Below are positions 18,226-26,837 of a DNA stretch of 51,703 bases, in pieces. Under the pieces are notes generated by a model, which did not search any database, was not told the DNA's origin, and was given only the letters and a program-made list of their open reading frames with translations. The translations under genes were made by a program, and so were the position numbers. This stretch comes from an uncultured Mycoplasma sp. Lineage in GTDB: Bacteria > Bacillota_I > Bacilli_A > RF39 > UBA660. The stretch spans positions 1-51,703 of the forward strand of contig CAZTRE010000005.1 of the NCBI GenBank assembly GCA_964616405.1, in the 5' to 3' direction. Every line of letters begins with the position of its first letter. Position 1 is the first letter of the stretch.

Positions 18226-19171
18226 TTAATTTCTTTCCTTGATAAGAATTTCTTCTGACCATTTCTTTATCAATATCATTTAAGACGCAGAATTTTTTTG
18301 TTAGCCATGTTGGTTCAATTAAATCATCTATTTTTGGATCTCCAGTAATTCTATGTATTACTATTTCGGGTCTTAATAATTCTAGTTGGTCAATAACAAT
18401 GTCAATATATTCATCTTTAGTTAAAACATGAAAGTGATCTTTTTTATAGAGGTAAGCTAAAGGAGTATCCTTTAAAATACTTAACATATGGATTTTTATT
18501 CCTTGAATATCTAGATTATTTAAATATTTAACAGTATTTAACATATCTTCTTTAGTTTCATAGGGAAGTCCATTTATAATATGAACAACGACATCGATAT
18601 TTTTTTCTCTTAGTTTTTTTGCCATGTTTTCAAAGGTTTCTAAACTATGACATCTGTTAATTAGCTTTGTTGTTTTTGGATTAGTTGTTTGAAGACCTAG
18701 TTCTATGGTTAAATAGGTTTTTTTGTTTAATTCGGCTAAGTATTCTAAGCATTCATCAGTAATTGAATCTGGTCGTGTGGAAATATTTAAACCAATAACA
18801 TCTTCTTGGTCAAGAATTTTATTGTGAAGTTTTTTTAAAGTCTCCACAGGGGCATAGGTATTGGTTCTAGCTTGAAAATAGCCAATATATTTAGCCTTTG
18901 GCCATTTTTTCAACATGTTTTTTTTAACTTCTAAAAATTGTTTTTCTATTTCATCTTCTTTATTTCCGGCAAATTCTCCGCTACCAGTTTTTGAACAATA
19001 AATACATCCCCCATATCCAATTGTTCCATCAATATTTGGACAAGAGAAACCAGCATTTAAACTAACTTTAAAAATTTTTTCATTAAATCTTTGTTTGTAG
19101 TAATAATCTAGGGTATGATATCTTTTATTTGAGTTAGAATATTTGAAATTATTTATCATATTAAGCCTCAC
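18212..19171 (-). CDS. TIGR01212 (YtqA/YhcC-type) radical SAM protein; GTG start at 19171 or ATG at 19159
   Basis: FSCPNIDGTIGYGGCIYCS cluster motif and the typical ~310-aa length. Confidence 0.8.
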   Translation of the reverse strand: MRLNMINNFKYSNSNKRYHTLDYYYKQRFNEKIFKVSLNAGFSCPNIDGTIGYGGCIYCSKTGSGEFAGNKEDEIEKQFLEVKKNMLKKWPKAKYIGYFQARTNTYAPVETLKKLHNKILDQEDVIGLNISTRPDSITDECLEYLAELNKKTYLTIELGLQTTNPKTTKLINRCHSLETFENMAKKLREKNIDVVVHIINGLPYETKEDMLNTVKYLNNLDIQGIKIHMLSILKDTPLAYLYKKDHFHVLTKDEYIDIVIDQLELLRPEIVIHRITGDPKIDDLIEPTWLTKKFCVLNDIDKEMVRRNSYQGKKLNDDN

Positions 19172-20345
19172 ATATTGTATATAAATAAATTGCTTTAAGT
19201 AAATTTATTGGATTTAAAAGAGCTTCGTTTCTTAAAGAGCGATATTCCTCATTTATAATCTTTAAATATAATTTTACTTCATTTTTTGTGTTATTGTTTT
19301 CTTTAATATAAACATTTAATTGCTTTTTTAAAGCTTTATTAAAGCTCTTGTATGTATAGATTTTTGAATCATCTAATTCAAAAGATTTAGCTAGATTTTC
19401 CATAACTTTTAATATTAACTTTTCAAGCAGATCGCTTTGTAATTCTTGATTTAAGCTAATATCTATATTGATGAGATTTTCAAATGAGCGTATTGCCTTT
19501 TTGTATTTTAATATTTTGTTTAAAAAATGTAGATACGTTTCTTTATATATTTTTTGATTCTTTTTTAGACTGTTTCTTTTAAAGGTATATTTATTACCTT
19601 CTAATGTTTTAAATGTTTTCATTGTGTCATTATAACCATATTTAATACTTTTTAAGGTAGATTCTTCTTTAAAATATAGAAAACTAGTTAACTTATTTTT
19701 AGGTTTAATTGTAGTTGTCTTTACTTTTTTAATAGGTGATTGTTTGATGCCAGGAGCATTTAAATCTACGGCAACTATTTCAGTTGCGCCCATAGAGATG
19801 GCTAAATTTATAGGCAGATTATCGTAGTATCCACCATCAATATATTTTTTATTACCAATTTGCTTTTCCTTAAAAGCAGGGAAACACGACGCTGAAGCTA
19901 CTAAATAGGAAGGAAAGAGTTCTTGTTCAATAGAATTTTTGGTAACTTCTACGGCTTTTTTATCTGTAATATTGTAGGTTACTAAGCCATAATTAATTTT
20001 TGAAGAAAAAAATTTTCTTTTATTAAAAGCCTGATTAATTATATTTTCTAATTCGGTTGTATTCATTCCACCATCTTTAAGAATGTGCTTACTATACATT
20101 TTATAAATATCTAAATTAGTTGCTGTATCAGTTGTTTCTTCATTAAATAGAGATTTTAAGTTTATTTTCTGCCATATTTTTATGGCTTTTTTATAATTGC
20201 TTTGAACTATTAAGACGCCATTTAGGGCACCAACTGAGGTACCTGTAACAATATCAAATTTCATATTTAATTTTTTTAATGCTTTCCAAACGCCAATTTG
20301 GTAAGCTCCTTTGGCTCCGCCTCCGGATAAAACTAATGCTTTCAT
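19161..20345 (-). CDS. patatin-like phospholipase
   Basis: LSGGGAKGAYQIGV oxyanion motif, GTSVGALNG (GxSxG nucleophile), DGGYYDNLP (catalytic Asp). Confidence 0.85.
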   Translation of the reverse strand: MKALVLSGGGAKGAYQIGVWKALKKLNMKFDIVTGTSVGALNGVLIVQSNYKKAIKIWQKINLKSLFNEETTDTATNLDIYKMYSKHILKDGGMNTTELENIINQAFNKRKFFSSKINYGLVTYNITDKKAVEVTKNSIEQELFPSYLVASASCFPAFKEKQIGNKKYIDGGYYDNLPINLAISMGATEIVAVDLNAPGIKQSPIKKVKTTTIKPKNKLTSFLYFKEESTLKSIKYGYNDTMKTFKTLEGNKYTFKRNSLKKNQKIYKETYLHFLNKILKYKKAIRSFENLINIDISLNQELQSDLLEKLILKVMENLAKSFELDDSKIYTYKSFNKALKKQLNVYIKENNNTKNEVKLYLKIINEEYRSLRNEALLNPINLLKAIYLYTICEA

Positions 20346-20454
20346 ACTTCACCTTTTTCGATTAAAAGTTGAGTTTTAAATACTCAAAATTGTCTAAATT
20401 GTAACATAAATTTACTAAAAAAGCAATTTAGTATGGTATACTGATTATAGGTAG

Positions 20455-21588
20455 GTGGTGCATTTGAAAAAGAAAAAGTTAAAGTTGAAGAAAAATGTTT
20501 TGAAATGGCTTAAATGCGCTGGAGTAGTTTTAATTGTAATTTTAATAGGATATTTTATATACGCTAAAGAACTTGGAAATTTTACTAAATTAGATTATAG
20601 TAGAAAAGCTAGTAGAGAGATTTTATTTAGTGGAAATAAAGATTATGTTTTATCAGTAGGAAAGAATAAGACTTTAAATGCAGCATTCGAAAGTCGTGAT
20701 TATAAAGATAAATATTTAACTAATTATGCAAAGATTAAATATCAGCATCAAGAAAATATAATTAAGAATATTAATGTGTTATTAAATATGGGATATTCTA
20801 ATAATGATGTTTCAATTATTTTGGCCCATGGAAATGATAAAGAAGTAAGTGATTTTGCGAAAAGAGAGAGAGTAAAATATTTGGAAGAATTTTATCAATA
20901 TCCATACGCAAAATTGAGAAATTATGATCGATATATAAAGTATACTGATGAGACTGGTGAGGATGAAATGACAACGGTTATTCATGTTAATCTTAATATG
21001 GATAAAGAAGAATATGTTGACTCTAAAAAACAGACAAAATTTAGTTTTGACATGTTGGTGAATAAGTATCATTCAGTTGAAAAAGATTTTGAACCTGATA
21101 ATTTGATTACTATTGCGGAAAAATACACGGATGATGAAAAATTAAAGGGTAATAGGGAAGCTGTTAATGCATTAATTCAGATGATGGAGGCAGCAAAAAT
21201 TGATGATTTGGAAATGAAAGTAAATTCTGCATATAGAAGTTATGAAGATCAAGAGGAATTAGCTGAATATTACCGAAAATGGTATGGTGATAATTACGTT
21301 ACAAATTATGTTGCGAAACCAGGTTTTTCCGATCATCATACGGGACTTGCTTTTGATATAGGTAATACTTCTAAAACCAAGTTTATTGAATCTAAGGAAT
21401 ATAAGTGGTTACAAAATAATGCTTATAAGTATGGTTTTATTGCGCGTTTTCCAAAGGGTGGAGAAAGTATTACAGGGTTTAGGAGTGAACCACAACATTA
21501 TCGATATGTTGGTAAAAAAATAGCTAAATATATAGAAGAAAATAATATTACTTTTGAAGAATATTATGTTATGTTTTTAGACAAATAA
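20455..21588 (+). CDS. VanY/M15B-type D-alanyl-D-alanine carboxypeptidase, membrane anchored (start ambiguous: GTG 20455/20458 or TTG 20464)
   Basis: LVNKYHSVEKDFEPDNL, SAYRSYEDQ, SDHHTGLAFDI (SxHxxGxAxD), EPQHYRYVG. Confidence 0.85.
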   Translation: MVHLKKKKLKLKKNVLKWLKCAGVVLIVILIGYFIYAKELGNFTKLDYSRKASREILFSGNKDYVLSVGKNKTLNAAFESRDYKDKYLTNYAKIKYQHQENIIKNINVLLNMGYSNNDVSIILAHGNDKEVSDFAKRERVKYLEEFYQYPYAKLRNYDRYIKYTDETGEDEMTTVIHVNLNMDKEEYVDSKKQTKFSFDMLVNKYHSVEKDFEPDNLITIAEKYTDDEKLKGNREAVNALIQMMEAAKIDDLEMKVNSAYRSYEDQEELAEYYRKWYGDNYVTNYVAKPGFSDHHTGLAFDIGNTSKTKFIESKEYKWLQNNAYKYGFIARFPKGGESITGFRSEPQHYRYVGKKIAKYIEENNITFEEYYVMFLDK

Positions 21589-21614
21589 AAAACCTTAACT
21601 TATTTTAAGGTTTT
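21589..21614. terminator. bidirectional terminator between the two convergent VanY-type genes
   Basis: AAAACCTTAA-cttatt-TTAAGGTTTT perfect inverted repeat. Confidence 0.75.
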
Positions 21615-21615
21615 T

Positions 21616-22668
21616 CTATGCAACTTTTAAGTATTCTTCTAGAGTTACGTTTTGATTATAAATATTGGTGGCATGAGGGTTTCCAACATAACGAACATGC
21701 CATGGTTCATATTTATACCCAGTTATATGTGATTTGCCTTGGGGATATCTAATGATAAATCCATACAAATGAGCATTATTCTGTAACCAAATTCCAGCAG
21801 GCGTTGAACCATAGTAGTCATCTATTTTTCCAATGTCAAAGGCTAGTCCCGATTGATGTTCTGAATGTCCAGGTCTAGCAGAGTAAGTATCGGCCTTAGC
21901 TTGCCCATCCATTTGTACGTAATTGTTATAAATTGTTTGTTGATTTGAATATGATCTAAATCCTGAAATTAATGGGATTGTGTGTCCTGCCGTTGCTGCC
22001 CCTCTTTGTAATTCTTTTAATGCAGCTAAGGCTTCAGAATCAGCACCTGGATTATAAGTACTTGGGAGTGAATATTGTTTGTTGACAAGAAGTATTCCAG
22101 TGATATATGTCATTCCGTTTACAACATTTATTCTTTCATTAACTGTAACTTTCCGTTTAACAGTCGTTTTGTTTTTATTAGAATCTTTGACAGTATAAAT
22201 TATTTCATATTCACCGGCCTGGTTAGAATTTACATTGTTAGTGATTTTGACTTTTTCAGTTAAATTTCCATCATAATTGTCAGTTGCTACAAATCCTGGT
22301 TCTTGATATTCATCATTAATATAAATAGAAATATCTCCTGCTGTAAGTGTTATTTCTGGTTTTGTAGTATCTACTACGATGACTTTACGTTTAACACTTT
22401 TACTAATAATAGATTTTTTTACTGTATAGGTTAGAGTATAAGTATCAACTTTTGTTGCATCAACTTTGCCAATTGTTTTATAAATATTTTGGGGACCAGT
22501 AATTGTAATACCAGGTTCTTTATATTTATTATTTACTTCAATTTTGATAGTACTTTTTCCATTTAGTTTAATATTTATAGACAAAAATAGAATGATAAAA
22601 TAACCTATAATAAATAATAAAATAATTCCTATTATGATTGTTGAGTATATGCGAATTTTTTTCTTCAT
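21616..22668 (-). CDS. VanY/M15B-type peptidase with N-terminal anchor and two Ig-like (DUF5011-like) modules
   Basis: YKEPGITITG..., DTTKPEITL...YQEPGFVATDNYDGNLTEKV, then LVNKQYSLPSTYNPG, SGFRSYSNQ, SEHQSGLAFDI, EPWHVRYVG. Confidence 0.85.
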   Translation of the reverse strand: MKKKIRIYSTIIIGIILLFIIGYFIILFLSINIKLNGKSTIKIEVNNKYKEPGITITGPQNIYKTIGKVDATKVDTYTLTYTVKKSIISKSVKRKVIVVDTTKPEITLTAGDISIYINDEYQEPGFVATDNYDGNLTEKVKITNNVNSNQAGEYEIIYTVKDSNKNKTTVKRKVTVNERINVVNGMTYITGILLVNKQYSLPSTYNPGADSEALAALKELQRGAATAGHTIPLISGFRSYSNQQTIYNNYVQMDGQAKADTYSARPGHSEHQSGLAFDIGKIDDYYGSTPAGIWLQNNAHLYGFIIRYPQGKSHITGYKYEPWHVRYVGNPHATNIYNQNVTLEEYLKVA

Positions 22669-22801
22669 TTTTTTATTTTCAACTCCTTAATTATTTATTT
22701 AATTATATCATACTTTTGTGGTAAAAACGTTCCTTTTTAGACTTGGAATATTTATGTTGATATGTTATTATGTTATTAGAGTAAAAAGAAGGTGGTTGAT
22801 T

Positions 22802-25222
22802 ATGTATCCGCTTGGAAGACAATTTACAGTTGATAGTGCAAAGTTGGTTAGTGATAAGAAGACTATTTTCGCAGGTAATAATTATAGAATCTCTGTTATT
22901 TCAGAACGCGTTGTTAGATTAGAGTATTCTGTCAACGGACAATTTATTGATAGACCTACACAGTTGATTAAAAGAAGAAACTTAGGAGTACCAGATTTCG
23001 CAATTAGACAAGATGCTCATTTGGTGGAAATAAGTACTAAATACTTTGTACTTACATATATTAAGGGTCAACCTTTTGTTGGACCACGAGTTGATCCAAT
23101 GAAAAACTTAAAAATCACACTTCGTAGCCGTGAGAAAGATAGAAATAAAGACTGGTATGTTGGACATGCTGAAGCAAGAAATTTGCATGGTAATATGATT
23201 GGTGTTGATGTAGAAATACCAAAGGGTTTGGAAAATGGTTTGTTTTCGTTAGATGGATTTGCTTCGTTTGATGATAGCAAATCAAAAATTATAATGGAAG
23301 ATGGTACTTTAGCTGAGCCAGTAGAAAATCATTTAGATATATATGTTTTTATGTATGATAGAGATTTCAAACAAGCACTACTTGATTATTTTAAGATGAC
23401 AGGAGCTCCAGCTTTAATTCCTCGTTATGCTTTAGGTAATTGGTGGTGTAGAAATACTGTTTACGATGATACAAGTTTATATCAATTGATTAGAAATTTT
23501 GAAAGAGGAAAGATTCCAATTTCAGTTATGTTGTTTGATCATGATTGGCATTATAGAAATGTAGGAAATAATAAAAATTTGAAAGCTGGTTTTACATTTA
23601 ATAAAGATTTATTTATTGAACCAGAGAAGACTATTGAAGATTTACATAAACGTGGTATTCGTGTAGGCTTGTGTATTGATCCCATGAATGGAATTTATCC
23701 ACATGAGATGTATTACAAACAGGCAAGTGAAGTATTGGGCGTGACTGAGCCTAAAATTATTTTATTTGATCCCCTTAATCCAAAATTATTAGATGTTTTA
23801 TTTAAAATGTTCTTACATCCGTTAGAAGCTCAAGGAGTTGATTTCTTTTGGAATGATTCAACTGGGAAAGGCGATATTAACAAGTTATGGGCATTAAATC
23901 ATTATATGTTTTTAGATAGTGGGCGTGCTAATACGAAAAGACCAATGCTTTTAGGTAGAGGAAGTGTTTATGCTCCACATAGATATCCAGTCTTATATGG
24001 AGGATCTAGTGAAATTAGTTGGGAAGCTTTAAAACAGTTACCTTTTATGTATTTAAACGCTGCTAATATTGGTGTTAGTTGGTGGAGCCATGATGTTGGT
24101 GGAAACCATGGTGGTATTGAAGATGGAGAACTTTACGTTAGGTATTTGCAATTAAGTACTTTTGCGCCTATTTTACGTTTCCATGCTGCAAGAGGAGCTT
24201 ATTATAAAAAAGAGCCTTGGTTATGGGATGTTAAAACTGAGCAAATTGCGATAGATTATTTAAGACTTCGTCATAGATTAATTCCATATTTATATACAGA
24301 GGCTTATAATTATACAAAGTCTGGTACACCATTAATCCAACCATTTTATTATAATTATATGTGGACTTATGATGATGAGTTATATAGAAACCAGTATTAT
24401 TTTGGTTCACAATTACTTGTTTGTCCAATTCTTACTACAAAAGATATAACAATGAATCGTACAATTCATAGATTCTTTATACCTGATGGAACTTGGTATG
24501 ATTTTATTACTGGTAAAAAGTTTCCTGGCAATAAAAAATATGTTTCATTTTTTAAGGAAGAGGATTATCCAGTATTTGCTCATGCAGGTTCAATTATTCC
24601 TTTATCTAATAGAAGTGATTATAATAATACAGGGTTACCAGTTGACTTAGAAATTCAAATATTCCCTGGAGTAAGTAATACATATACAATGTATGAAGAC
24701 GATGGCGTTACGGCATTATATAGAGAAGGTTATTATTTGAAAACGTCAATTGATTATAATTATTTAAGAGATAATTATACTGTGGTTATTAGGAGTATTG
24801 ATGGTAAAAGTGGAATTGTACCTGATAAGAGAAATTATAAAATGGTGTTTAGGAATACTAAGAAACCACAAGAAGTTCTTACGTATTTTAATGCTGAAAA
24901 AATACCATTTGAAGCTTATATAGATGGAAATGATTTTATTGTAGAACTTAAAGATATTCCAACTATTGGTCAAGTTACTATTACTTGTAAGGGTAAAGAT
25001 ATTGAAATTGAAGCAGCTCGTTTAATCAATGATGAAGTAGATAGTATCTTGATGGATTTAAAGATTAATACATATTTGAAAGAAGAAATAGCAGCTATTA
25101 TGTTTAGTAAAGAACAAATTAGTAAAAAGAGAATTGCTATTCGTAAATTGAAGAAAAAGGGACTTTCTAAAGAATATATCGGTTTATTCTTGAAATTATT
25201 AGAGTATTTGAGTGAGGTTTAG
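22802..25222 (+). CDS. glycoside hydrolase family 31 enzyme (specificity unknown)
   Basis: GAPALIPRYALGNWWCR, IPISVMLFDHDWH, GVDFFWNDS (nucleophile region), WWSHDVGG. The start was moved to MYPLGRQ (GAAGGTGG RBS). Confidence 0.8.
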   Translation: MYPLGRQFTVDSAKLVSDKKTIFAGNNYRISVISERVVRLEYSVNGQFIDRPTQLIKRRNLGVPDFAIRQDAHLVEISTKYFVLTYIKGQPFVGPRVDPMKNLKITLRSREKDRNKDWYVGHAEARNLHGNMIGVDVEIPKGLENGLFSLDGFASFDDSKSKIIMEDGTLAEPVENHLDIYVFMYDRDFKQALLDYFKMTGAPALIPRYALGNWWCRNTVYDDTSLYQLIRNFERGKIPISVMLFDHDWHYRNVGNNKNLKAGFTFNKDLFIEPEKTIEDLHKRGIRVGLCIDPMNGIYPHEMYYKQASEVLGVTEPKIILFDPLNPKLLDVLFKMFLHPLEAQGVDFFWNDSTGKGDINKLWALNHYMFLDSGRANTKRPMLLGRGSVYAPHRYPVLYGGSSEISWEALKQLPFMYLNAANIGVSWWSHDVGGNHGGIEDGELYVRYLQLSTFAPILRFHAARGAYYKKEPWLWDVKTEQIAIDYLRLRHRLIPYLYTEAYNYTKSGTPLIQPFYYNYMWTYDDELYRNQYYFGSQLLVCPILTTKDITMNRTIHRFFIPDGTWYDFITGKKFPGNKKYVSFFKEEDYPVFAHAGSIIPLSNRSDYNNTGLPVDLEIQIFPGVSNTYTMYEDDGVTALYREGYYLKTSIDYNYLRDNYTVVIRSIDGKSGIVPDKRNYKMVFRNTKKPQEVLTYFNAEKIPFEAYIDGNDFIVELKDIPTIGQVTITCKGKDIEIEAARLINDEVDSILMDLKINTYLKEEIAAIMFSKEQISKKRIAIRKLKKKGLSKEYIGLFLKLLEYLSEV

Positions 25223-25233
25223 GAGGTTATACT

Positions 25234-26190
25234 ATGAGTAATAGACGTGAAGAAATAACTGATAGGGTTAAACGAATTACTAAGTTAGAAGAGGAAACAA
25301 TTCTAAGATATAGTGAAGAAATTGATTACGATGATAATTTATCTATGTATGATGTAATGATTAAGCATTTTGCTTTGGGAGATTTGGATGATGTTTTCTT
25401 GACTGATGTTACAAAGAATATGAGTAAAGATGAGGCAAAAAAACTATTTGATTTAGTTAGACAATATGTTTCATTATGTTTTGCAAAGGGTGATGTTGAT
25501 TATTGGGTATGCTCTTTAGAAAATGCTAGTGCCGTAGATTATCAGTTTATTGCAACTTCTATATTTGATAATTATGATTATTTGCTTGAGTTAGCAAAAG
25601 ATGGTGGAGAAGCCGTTTTGAAGCAACTTGTTGCATTAAGAGAAAATAAAGATTTACAGGATGCAGCTGTTATTCAGTATTTGAGAGATTACTTTATTGA
25701 TGATCGGGCTTTAAAAGTTGTATTAATGGATATGACAGAAGAAAATAGTCCTTATGATATTTTCTCTAATGAACAAAAAGCAATTTTGTTTACTTATCCT
25801 GAAGGAACTTTATATTCGTTTGGCGAAGTTGATAGTTCTAAAGTAGTTAAAATTACTTCGCCATATGTTTTAGGAAGTAGATTATTTAATGACTTTCATC
25901 AATATATATCCTCTGATTTAATTGGTGATATTTCTAGTCAGAATGTTGATGAAGTATCTAAGTTATTAACTAATTTCTTTTCGGATGATAGTTTTGATTT
26001 TGAGGAAGCAGCTTTTGATTTGTCTGTTAGATATCGAGATTATGTGGCGCAGAATGATATGGATTTTGATAGTGAAGTTGAGGGCGTTGTTTATGATGTT
26101 GATGGAAATGATATTAAAAATGCCTGGGATAGTGGAGATGGAGTTCTAGGCAGTTCCTATGAAGTTCCTTATGGTGGAGGTACTAAGTAA
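25234..26190 (+). CDS. acidic hypothetical protein (318 aa)
   Basis: AGGAGG RBS 11 nt after the GH31 stop. No recognisable motif. Asp/Glu-rich. Confidence 0.6.
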   Translation: MSNRREEITDRVKRITKLEEETILRYSEEIDYDDNLSMYDVMIKHFALGDLDDVFLTDVTKNMSKDEAKKLFDLVRQYVSLCFAKGDVDYWVCSLENASAVDYQFIATSIFDNYDYLLELAKDGGEAVLKQLVALRENKDLQDAAVIQYLRDYFIDDRALKVVLMDMTEENSPYDIFSNEQKAILFTYPEGTLYSFGEVDSSKVVKITSPYVLGSRLFNDFHQYISSDLIGDISSQNVDEVSKLLTNFFSDDSFDFEEAAFDLSVRYRDYVAQNDMDFDSEVEGVVYDVDGNDIKNAWDSGDGVLGSSYEVPYGGGTK

Positions 26191-26198
26191 AAAAACAC

Positions 26199-26447
26199 TT
26201 GAAAAATGAGTTAGAAAAGCATATACTAGTAGTATATTTTGGAAATATTGCTGGTAGTAGTAATAATATTCTTTCTTTTAGAGAGCTTATGGTTGGTGAA
26301 AATAAGTATTGAGATGTTATGAACTTGACTGGTTTTAGAATATGTAGGGCAAGACCTTTATCTCTATTAAAGCTGCATAGTTTACTATGAAGTAAGGTGG
26401 TACCGCGAAAGTTTTCGTCCTTATAATTTATGTAAGGGCGTTTTTAT
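26199..26447 (+). promoter_or_regulatory. T-box leader, Leu specifier (CUU), with its promoter and terminator/antiterminator
   Basis: TTGAAA-17-TATACT (26199-26227). AGAGAG stem I element. Candidate specifier GAA-CTT-G (CTT at 26324-26326). T-box AAGGTGGTACCGCG (26394-26407). Terminator CGTCCTTA...TAAGGGCG plus T run (26416-26447). Confidence 0.88.
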
Positions 26448-26465
26448 TTGGAAAAGGAGAATATT

Positions 26466-26837
26466 ATGCAAGAGTTAATTCTATTTATACTTACATATTT
26501 ATTTGTATTTATTATTTATGAAATATTTATTGTGAGAAGAACTTTGAAAAGAGAAAAGAAAAAGGGTAAGAAGAAAGATAAAGAGACTAAGATGCCAGTG
26601 GAGATTAAATATTTAGTTAATAAATATAAGTTTGATATAAAGAAGGTAAATTATTATAAGTTATTACATATAATGGCAGCGGTATCATCTTTTGATATTT
26701 CATTTATTGTATCGTTGTCACTTTTAACGAAAAATTTTATATTACAAATGTTAATTATATTAGTATTGGTTGTACCTGTTATACTGATAAGTTATCATAT
26801 AGTTTATTTAGTTTATAAGAAGAAAGGATTGATATAA
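26466..26837 (+). CDS. small polytopic membrane protein of unknown function, first gene of the T-box(Leu) operon
   Basis: AAAGGAGA RBS. TM helix, a very basic linker (RRTLKREKKKGKKKDKETK), then two more TM helices. Its TAA stop abuts the leuS ATG with no spacer. Confidence 0.65.
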   Translation: MQELILFILTYLFVFIIYEIFIVRRTLKREKKKGKKKDKETKMPVEIKYLVNKYKFDIKKVNYYKLLHIMAAVSSFDISFIVSLSLLTKNFILQMLIILVLVVPVILISYHIVYLVYKKKGLI

